The notes beneath the pieces were generated by a model, which searched no databases, was not told the origin of the DNA, and worked only from the letters and a program-made list of their open reading frames with translations. A DNA stretch of 64,000 nucleotides from a virus: positions 403 to 64,402 of IMG/VR virus record IMGVR_UViG_3300045988_081377; one strand, given 5' to 3'. Positions within the stretch are counted from its first letter, which is position 1; every line of letters begins with the position of its first letter. Of this stretch, positions 26,268 through 33,115 are shown piece after piece. The translations under genes were made by a program, and so were the position numbers.

Positions 26268-27337
26268 CTCACCTTCGGCAATACTTTAATCTTAGGTTTC
26301 TTAGCTGCGCCCTGTTTAATTACTTTAATCTTACCAGTTAATTTTCTCTGCGCATACGTATCATAGAAATCATATTCCGATGCCTTGTCAAAGTGATACA
26401 TCTTAAACAAATCCTCATCTATCTCTGCACGTACAAGGAAAATTATTTTATCGTACACACGGATGGACGACACAGTCATGTCGTAATCATTAAGCATGCC
26501 CTCAAGCAATACCTTAATGTCATCCTTATCATATGTCTGCACATCCTCTTTTAGTACGAATTTAATCTCAAGCCTTACCGGTAATAGCGGAGACTTTACG
26601 TTACTTACACTTGCCTGAGTTAAAGCTGGAGTTGTTTTGCTCGCAACTGGCTGTGTAGTAGACATACAGGTGGCACCACATGTATCACCGTACTGACTGC
26701 TGTACCCATAGTAACCATAGCTGCCATAATTATACCCACCGTATCTGCTGTACTGTTGTTTCTTGTACGATGAATTGCTGTACGTTGCCTTGCTTGTCAG
26801 GCTCTGTTCAAAGTTACCTATCGTACTCACGTTATCCTTGTTCATCACTGCAAGTTTAGAGTAACCAATGTGTGAGCTTAACAGTTCCTCAATGAGCGAG
26901 TCGTGCAAGTCAAGTCCACGTACTAACAACTCATTTAACATCCGCTTACCAAACGCCATACTGTCTGAATAGTTAGCAGTCAATCCACCTTGTGGGTTAT
27001 AACTATGCAGTACACCATTATGAGCGAACGCCCACGTTGCAGTGGTGTCAAGTAATCTCATCTCCTCGTACTTAGGCGACACGGGAAATGGATGGCAACA
27101 TTCAGGTGAAACCTTACCGGCTGTAGCAATGCGACAATGGATAACCCTGTCACAATCTACAGGTAATGTTTTCAAAAACTCAACAAACTTTTCTTTCTCC
27201 ATGAAACCTTTGCGGACATGTACCGTGTGTCCATCATTCCACATAACACCGGCGCCATCTTTATTCCGCGTAAAACAATTGTCCATCTCGTCATAGTTAA
27301 ACGGGATGTTCTTTCTATACACACCAATCACACACAT
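26264..27337 (-). CDS. Class-II (Ntn) glutamine amidotransferase-like / YafJ-type thiol enzyme with Tyr/Gly/Ser linker and unknown C-terminal domain
   Basis: It starts 'MCVIG' (Cys2 nucleophile position). 'HCRIATAG', 'CHPF' and 'WAFAHNGVL' parallel YafJ/GAT-II motifs. aa ~186-217 read 'SSYKKQQYSRYGGYNYGSYGYYGYSSQYG'. Confidence 0.6.
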   Translation of the reverse strand: MCVIGVYRKNIPFNYDEMDNCFTRNKDGAGVMWNDGHTVHVRKGFMEKEKFVEFLKTLPVDCDRVIHCRIATAGKVSPECCHPFPVSPKYEEMRLLDTTATWAFAHNGVLHSYNPQGGLTANYSDSMAFGKRMLNELLVRGLDLHDSLIEELLSSHIGYSKLAVMNKDNVSTIGNFEQSLTSKATYSNSSYKKQQYSRYGGYNYGSYGYYGYSSQYGDTCGATCMSTTQPVASKTTPALTQASVSNVKSPLLPVRLEIKFVLKEDVQTYDKDDIKVLLEGMLNDYDMTVSSIRVYDKIIFLVRAEIDEDLFKMYHFDKASEYDFYDTYAQRKLTGKIKVIKQGAAKKPKIKVLPKVR

Positions 27338-27340
27338 AAA

Positions 27341-27796
27341 TTATTCCTCACTTTCTTGAATACTTTTTATTGAATTAAACTTCTGAATGATTTTACCCAT
27401 GTTATTCTCTGCCTGCTCTCGTGTAGCAAAACAGTTTCCAATAAGTTTATTGGCAGCACATATAGTATTTCTCCAGTAATAACTCCCGCTTACTACGTTT
27501 CCATACGGCGTAACGAAATAGTATATCTGCATTTCTTTAGGGTTAAACTCATGAACTATAAATGTATAATCATCCATGTGTTGTACATAATTCATCAGGT
27601 CATATGACTTATCCCATTTACCATCTCGCCTTTCCTGCAATTCGCCATCAACAAACTTGTACCTACGCTTTGTCCTTATAGTCTGCCACGGCATAAGACA
27701 TTTACGTTCCGCGTCAAACTCTACCCCCTCTCCTGCTCCAATCTCAGCCATAAACACCTTGGTTATCTTGCGTATAAAATCATTCATTCGTGTCAC
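27341..27796 (-). CDS. Hypothetical protein (operon member)
   Basis: 151-aa ORF abutting its neighbours. No motif recognised. Confidence 0.5.
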   Translation of the reverse strand: MTRMNDFIRKITKVFMAEIGAGEGVEFDAERKCLMPWQTIRTKRRYKFVDGELQERRDGKWDKSYDLMNYVQHMDDYTFIVHEFNPKEMQIYYFVTPYGNVVSGSYYWRNTICAANKLIGNCFATREQAENNMGKIIQKFNSIKSIQESEE

Positions 27797-28255
27797 CTAC
27801 TCTCTCGCAAACCTACAATTAACAAGAGTAATTTCACCGTTAATCGTAACGTTTGAGTCGTAGACGGTCACATTAATAAGGCGCAATCCTTTGCCCTCTA
27901 CGTTAGCATAAGTAAGTTCTGAGTTGCCCCCTATATAAGTGCCGCTTACGTGTACCTCGTCGAGGTTACTCTTATCGCATATACATGAGTTACCCTCAAC
28001 AAAAGAATATGACAATAACGCATCATCTTTTACGGTAGAACCAACCATCACATGTGAATATTTGTCCACCCAACACCTACCGTCTTGAGATAGGCAGCTT
28101 TCATCTTGGATAAATCCACCTAATGTACCGGCTTTTATTGTCTCTCCCTCAATCGTCTTGAATGTTTTAACTGCTTTGACCTGATGGTATACGTTACCAT
28201 TATATACTTCTTCTTGTTCCATTAAAACATATTTCTTTTCGCTCACTCGTATCAT
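27797..28255 (-). CDS. Beta-helix-repeat protein (paralog of 28395..29024)
   Basis: 'YHQVKAVKTFKTIEGETIKAGTLGGFIQDESCLSQDGRCWVDKYSHV' followed by short repeats (V.G....G.S). This is the common phage 'Y.I.A...F..V..G.LGG.I..E.NLS..G..WV' family pattern. Confidence 0.5.
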   Translation of the reverse strand: MIRVSEKKYVLMEQEEVYNGNVYHQVKAVKTFKTIEGETIKAGTLGGFIQDESCLSQDGRCWVDKYSHVMVGSTVKDDALLSYSFVEGNSCICDKSNLDEVHVSGTYIGGNSELTYANVEGKGLRLINVTVYDSNVTINGEITLVNCRFARE

Positions 28256-28380
28256 CCTTTCACTATACGTACAACAAAATCAAACACAACCTGAACAATA
28301 GCGAACAACACAGCTACCGCAAGGATAGCCATAGGTGCAAGGACAATACCAGCACCAATGAAACTCATAACATTATCCAT
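28252..28380 (-). CDS. Tiny single-TM protein (42 aa, below the track cutoff)
   Basis: The reverse strand reads 'GGTGGTGAGGAT ATG' and then MDNVMSFIGAGIVLAPMAILAVAVLFAIVQVVFDFVVRIVKG. Its TGA overlaps the ATG of the next gene (ATGA). Confidence 0.45.
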   Translation of the reverse strand: MDNVMSFIGAGIVLAPMAILAVAVLFAIVQVVFDFVVRIVKG

Positions 28381-28394
28381 ATCCTCACCACCTT

Positions 28395-29024
28395 TCACGC
28401 ATCAAACTTTTCTTTTGTAAACTCTCGTGATAAAGCAACAACACTATCCCAAAGTTTTTCGGGAATAATCTTGTTTTCTCGAACTCTCTTATCTACTTCC
28501 TCAAACGGTACCACGTCACTACGTACACCATACGCCGCATAACACGCCAACAATTCACCCTCAATAGATGGATAAATAGCCACGTCAAGCATTAACCAAT
28601 GTCCAAGTGTGACAAAGAAAAACTGTGAGGCATCGGTAATTTTTGCCTTATTAAATTCGCACGATAAGAGTAGGTGAAATCTACCCCGTACGTCTATAAT
28701 AGAGTCAACAATATTACCTTGACCATAGAAGTGTACACCACGCACACGAGAATTTCCTTTAACGTGGTATCCCTCAATGTGGGCATGAATAAGTGCCGAC
28801 GAGTCGCAAACAGAACCATCAGCGTTGCCGCCCACCCATGACTTATCGTATTGACTAAGTATCTCTGGGTCACTCACAAAACCGCCCATTTGACCATACA
28901 ACACGGTATTACCGTCAATCGTGTAAAACTGTTTAAGAGACTGTATCCGATAAACAGTAGCCCCGTTAATGGTTTTAGTGTGGTCTGTGAGCTTGAATTT
29001 TGCACATTCAGGCACATTAAACAC
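28395..29024 (-). CDS. Beta-helix-repeat protein (paralog of 27797..28255)
   Basis: 'YRIQSLKQFYTIDGNTVLYGQMGGFVSDPEILSQYDKSWVGGNA'. GTG start at 29024, or more likely 29015 given the 'AAAGGGG' spacing. Confidence 0.5.
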   Translation of the reverse strand: MFNVPECAKFKLTDHTKTINGATVYRIQSLKQFYTIDGNTVLYGQMGGFVSDPEILSQYDKSWVGGNADGSVCDSSALIHAHIEGYHVKGNSRVRGVHFYGQGNIVDSIIDVRGRFHLLLSCEFNKAKITDASQFFFVTLGHWLMLDVAIYPSIEGELLACYAAYGVRSDVVPFEEVDKRVRENKIIPEKLWDSVVALSREFTKEKFDA

Positions 29025-29129
29025 CCCTTTCTATTAAATTATATCACGTGAATTACGTGTGGTAAAGGACTGTTAAGGTACAGTCCTTATGAAACCTGAT
29101 GAGTGATGTTGGATATGTCCCTACGGCTG

Positions 29130-29576
29130 TTATACGCCGAGGATAGCCTTGACGAGTTCGTTCTTAGCTGCACGCAAGGTGTCCATGTCATCCTCAACGT
29201 GTGCTTTCTTAAAGCCGGCTAAGAGCTTTTCGCCAATGTCCAAAATCTGTTTACGTTCCTGTGCTTCCTGTACATCAGAACGTTTCAGAATGGGATGGAA
29301 CGGATAATTCCGTTTGTCGTGCATGAAAGTTACGGACAGTGACGGGATAAGTGCATCAGCACCCTCAACTTCCACGTCTTTGAGCTTCATTTCCATGGCG
29401 TAAGGTTTCCCTACCACACCATTAAAACGGTTCTTTTCCGTGTCAGAATACATCACGTCCTTGAACCCTTCCTCTTCACCCACGGGTCCTACCGCGAGTA
29501 CTGCGTAACGCCCATCGCCCAATGCGACGGCTTTAACGCCATTTTCCAAATCTTTTGCAAATTCCTTGAGTGTCAT
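29130..29576 (-). CDS. Early-type hypothetical protein (family with 30894..31400)
   Basis: Strong RBS 'AAAAGGAGAG'. Its own AT-rich upstream region. The C-terminus 'LRAAKNELVKAILG' matches 'IRAATKELMKKAIG' of the paralog. Confidence 0.6.
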   Translation of the reverse strand: MTLKEFAKDLENGVKAVALGDGRYAVLAVGPVGEEEGFKDVMYSDTEKNRFNGVVGKPYAMEMKLKDVEVEGADALIPSLSVTFMHDKRNYPFHPILKRSDVQEAQERKQILDIGEKLLAGFKKAHVEDDMDTLRAAKNELVKAILGV

Positions 29577-29832
29577 GTTAGTCTCTCCTTTTCTGTAAAA
29601 TACATGTACACATACTCTACACGCATATGATTATACACGTGTGTTATATAGATATCTCTTTCGTAATTAACACGCGCGTTAATTAATTAAATTAATCAGA
29701 AAGAGAAAATCTACAATCTGGACTTTTGTTAGCTGTTTAGCTTGTTTACAGCTTTTCGAAGCCAGTTACCAATAGGTATAGCAAGTTAGTTACCAGCCCC
29801 AATTTTTCCACTTTTCTAATCTTTCTCTCATC

Positions 29833-29880
29833 AAAGGAACGAAATAAATCCGTTCCAATGTGACAATTTATATCGTCACT
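29833..29880. repeat. Copy 1 of a ~48-bp direct repeat
   Basis: 'aaaggaacgaaataaatccgttccaatgtgacaatttatatcgtcac' compared with copy 2 at 30814-30861 (one indel and about three mismatches). Confidence 0.85.
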
Positions 29881-30716
29881 TGGCTATTAAACATCTCGAT
29901 AACGATATTGAATATTTCAATAGCGAAATGCTGTTTCGCACTTTTGACGTAAACGTGTTTTTGCGAAATAACATAAAACACACACGTAAAACGGCGGGGA
30001 TAGTCCTTTGTGATTAATTTTCGCCAGAAAATAAAAAAACTTTTATTAGCCCTTCCCTTTATATTATATATATACAATAACAACACTAACACCAATAACA
30101 TATACCATACACGATAACACACGCGTATAGTGAATTTTCGATTTTCACCAAAAACACGCAAAACACGCATAAAACCTAACAATTTCAACTCCGAAGACTA
30201 AGGAGAAAAAATAGAAGACAGAAGCCGAGCACAGTAAAAAAATATAAAAAAGTATTTCCCCGTATTTTCCCGCACTTAATGAACATAATGTTCGGTATCT
30301 TTAGTAAGCCTAAAAAGCACGATAAATACTGAAAAGTTAAAAAGGGGTAAAAGGATGGTTGACAATAAGAGCCTAAATATCTAAGACTTTAGCAAAGTAA
30401 AGGATACAGGTATAATGGGGGTTGTAAGATTTGGTGGTGTCAAAAATCACGGGGTTATATAAAAAAGGGAAAAAGGACGTAAAAGAGAGTAAAAAGAGTA
30501 CAAGTTGACAATAGAATAGATGAAGGATGTAAAAAGCACTGTTCTATTTTGGGCTATAAGGCGTCTCCAACATGTCTCATATACATTTATATCAAAAAGG
30601 TAGTACCCCCCTCTTAAAACGCAAAATAGAGTGGTTTTTGACGATGCTACCAATTATATTGGTGGCACTGAACAATTTATAATTGTTCTCTTCTAAGATT
30701 AGGCACGCTGCACGCC

Positions 30717-30796
30717 TATATATAATGGTAATGCCAAAAGGCATTAGGATTATATACACTGGGGGATTTTTAATCCCTCTCTATATATAATAGAAG
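30717..30796 (+). promoter_or_regulatory. Twin-TATATAAT element Y (box - hairpin - GATTATA..CACT core - hairpin - box)
   Basis: Box 30717-30726. Hairpin 'taatgcc aaaa ggcatta' at 30729-30746. Core 30747-30760. Hairpin 'gggggatt ttt aatccctc' at 30761-30779. Box 'tatatataatagaag' at 30782-30796. Same architecture as 34235-34309. Confidence 0.5.
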
Positions 30797-30808
30797 TGTA
30801 ATCAGGCA

Positions 30809-30837
30809 ATAAAAAAGGAACGGAATAAATCCGTTCC
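30809..30837 (-). terminator. Rho-independent terminator (- strand) after gene 30894..31400; lies inside direct-repeat copy 2
   Basis: The - strand reads 'ggaacgg atttatt ccgttcc tttttt'. Confidence 0.7.
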
Positions 30838-30861
30838 AATGTGACAATTTATATTATCACA
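30814..30861. repeat. Copy 2 of the ~48-bp direct repeat
   Basis: 'aaaggaacggaataaatccgttccaatgtgacaatttatattatcac'. Confidence 0.85.
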
Positions 30862-30893
30862 AGGACTGGAATAACCAGTCCTCATGGGGGATT

Positions 30894-31400
30894 TTACTCG
30901 CCGATAGCTTTTTTCATAAGCTCTTTGGTTGCGGCTCTTATCTCGTCCGCCGTCATATCCTTGTAGTTAGGATATTCCCTTGCAATTGACGGATTCCCGC
31001 CATTGCCGTCGAACATAAACGCAGCCGCATTAATCAGGCGTTTACGCTCTTTCTCCTCTGCTGATTCCTCGAGGTTTAACTTTGTGTTATGGTCCTTGAG
31101 GGAAACCGACAACATTATTCCCTTTTCAATATTCAAGGCTTTCATACCGCCTTGATAGGGGACTTTTATTAAATTCCCCTTAATATTGGGGAATGTGAGG
31201 CGGACGTAATGTGTCTCGCCATCTTTTACGTGAGCCTCTGCTTTGCTGTTTTCGGCGTAAGGGACGAGTTCCAGTATCCCCACGGCGTCCAGTTTAACGC
31301 CGTTTCCATAGGGGGAAACCGTTCCCCCCACATCCTCTTTATTGATTTTCGGTAAGTTCAGGCTTTGCAAGAACCTACCTACTACTGAGGAGATTTTCAT
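30894..31400 (-). CDS. Early-type hypothetical protein (family with 29130..29576)
   Basis: ATG at 31400 (M12 of the track ORF), 1 nt after the stop of the upstream gene. The C-terminal helix is shared with 29130..29576. Confidence 0.55.
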   Translation of the reverse strand: MKISSVVGRFLQSLNLPKINKEDVGGTVSPYGNGVKLDAVGILELVPYAENSKAEAHVKDGETHYVRLTFPNIKGNLIKVPYQGGMKALNIEKGIMLSVSLKDHNTKLNLEESAEEKERKRLINAAAFMFDGNGGNPSIAREYPNYKDMTADEIRAATKELMKKAIGE

Positions 31401-31401
31401 A

Positions 31402-31650
31402 TTAATCCGCCTCTCTTTCCAGCTTAATTTCACCGCCGTTTATAACGGCAACGGCTTTAATGAGATAAGTCAGGATTTCCCCTAACTCGTCACGGCTGCC
31501 ATCTGTCAAGATTTCAGCAGAGAAATCCTCTTTGCTGATGCTAATCTTGTACCGTTTACTGTCAAACGGTACTACACAACAATGACCATCCTCGCTGGTC
31601 ACTGTAAAATGATTGACAGCGGAAACGTCCAGTTTGAATTTCGGCAACAT
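31402..31650 (-). CDS. Hypothetical early protein
   Basis: 82-aa ORF with RBS 'AAAGGTGG'. Confidence 0.5.
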   Translation of the reverse strand: MLPKFKLDVSAVNHFTVTSEDGHCCVVPFDSKRYKISISKEDFSAEILTDGSRDELGEILTYLIKAVAVINGGEIKLEREAD

Positions 31651-31776
31651 AAAATTACCACCTTTCTGTCCTATTCAGGACAATAACTGTTTTTTTTTAT
31701 TCAGTTTTCAAAGAACACCAGCAGTTTTACTGCTGTTACTTATAAGTATGCGTAGTTAGTTATTATATAATGTAAA

Positions 31777-31801
31777 TAAAAAAAGCACCTGTTAAGGTGC
31801 T
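31777..31801 (-). terminator. Rho-independent terminator (- strand) after gene 31810..32232
   Basis: The - strand reads 'agcacct taac aggtgct ttttttt'. Confidence 0.75.
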
Positions 31802-31809
31802 GGTGGCGG

Positions 31810-32232
31810 TTAGCTCCAATACGTACCTACCTGTTCCTCAAACCAGTGTTTACCGTGTCCCCAAAACTCAATGTCTTTCATAAGAAATTCATCAGGAATA
31901 CCGTATCCTAACAGATACGCATTTTCTCTGCTGTACCACGGTGTGGCATATTCTTTTATCTCCACAATGGCGCTCCAATCGTCGGTAGTGAAGTCAGGGT
32001 AATACCCGCTATTAACTTCCAGATAACGAGACGGGATAAAAAACTTACAGATATAATGTTTCCCCGTCCCCGCTCCCCAATGCGCGCAATTATTCGCATT
32101 GGTGAAAAAGCAAACTGCTTTTTCCAGTTTGCTGCTGTTATTATACAGGCGCATATCACAGCGCCCATATATTCTTAAACCAGCGGAATAATCCGCCAGT
32201 TCTTTCTCTGACATTTTACGATACACTATCAT
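31810..32232 (-). CDS. Hypothetical early protein (first gene of the - block)
   Basis: 140-aa ORF with RBS 'AAAGGGGG'. Trp/Tyr-rich. No secure motif. Confidence 0.55.
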   Translation of the reverse strand: MIVYRKMSEKELADYSAGLRIYGRCDMRLYNNSSKLEKAVCFFTNANNCAHWGAGTGKHYICKFFIPSRYLEVNSGYYPDFTTDDWSAIVEIKEYATPWYSRENAYLLGYGIPDEFLMKDIEFWGHGKHWFEEQVGTYWS

Positions 32233-32951
32233 TGTGTACCCCCTTTCTGCCTGATTACAGGCAATACAAATACTTCTAATTTTACCGCAAGGTATCTGTA
32301 CTTAGTTATTTTTTTATTCTTTTCCCTCTACTATCTATATACAAACATCTGTTCTACCAAACATACGTACGGGTGGGGCTTGGCTAATGGGTATGGTGTA
32401 TCTCAAAAGGGGGTACGAGGGTATCTGTTATTAAAAATATATAATGTTCCTGTATATGAATTAAATGTTTGTTTAATAGAGATTGTCAACCTTATAAATC
32501 AGAAAGTATTCAATACGTAAAAGCATACACACTAATCATAAAAGGATATACTCTTACATTGGTAATGGTAGTATTGGTATTAATGGTATAGGATAAGTTG
32601 AATATTAAGGGTAGGGCTAATAATTTTCTTTTTCCGCCGCGAAGGATGCTTTACCCACCCCGTATTTAATAATATTTTAATACTTTTATAGGAGTTGATT
32701 TAAGGGCTTTGAAGAAGGTCAAAGGTCTTCTGGTATTCAGAAGTTGCTGGACCCCTCTTAAAAACGATTTTAGACCACTTCTTGACGATTTTAAGAGAAG
32801 GGATTGAATGGGGTGGGGCTTGTTTTAGTGGTAGTGGCAACAAATATAATTTGTTGTCCTCAATAAGATGCTTTTAGCATCTTATAGTGGTTGTTATAGA
32901 TAGTATTTTATCTTGGTTATAGAAAAGTTCTATTACAAAATGGGGGTGGTT

Positions 32952-32983
32952 TTCAGTATATTATAGAGGGGTATTAAAATCCT
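32952..32983 (+). promoter_or_regulatory. Copy 1 of the conserved 'TTCAGTATA(T/A)TATAGAGGGGTATTAAAATCCT' box
   Basis: 32 nt, differing at one position from copy 2 at 33084-33115. Confidence 0.6.
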
Positions 32984-32996
32984 TCTGATTATACAC

Positions 32997-33025
32997 TTGA
33001 CATTTTATTATCTTTGGTGTATAAT
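32997..33025 (+). promoter_or_regulatory. Consensus sigma70-type promoter (TTGACA-17-TATAAT) firing into ORF-free sequence
   Basis: TTGACA at 32997-33002, a 17-nt spacer, TATAAT at 33020-33025. Confidence 0.65.
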
Positions 33026-33083
33026 AGTGACAGCTATGAAAAAGTAGCTTCAATACTATGTTTTTGAGAGGTTCTTAACCCTT

Positions 33084-33115
33084 TTCAGTATATAATAGAG
33101 GGGTATTAAAATCCT
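33084..33115 (+). promoter_or_regulatory. Copy 2 of the conserved box
   Basis: 'ttcagtatataatagaggggtattaaaatcct'. Confidence 0.6.

Noticed and set aside
29868-30653. Track ORFs 29868..30188 (-) and 30447..30653 (-) in the AT-rich spacer
   Set aside because: Odd composition (Phe/Tyr/Ile/Arg-rich), no RBS, and overlap with repeats and promoter-like motifs. They are most likely chance ORFs in AT-rich non-coding DNA.
29858-30861. CRP-like site 'TGTGA...TCAC(A)' inside the 48-bp direct repeats
   Set aside because: The half-sites are 12 nt apart instead of 6. The similarity is probably coincidental to the small inverted repeat 'gtgac..gtcac'.
31810-32232. ADP-ribosyltransferase-like reading of the first early protein ('VYRKMS', 'FFTNA', 'EIKEY' as an R-S-E triad)
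   Set aside because: The motif assignment is arbitrary, with no convincing spacing or flanking conservation. It is left as hypothetical.
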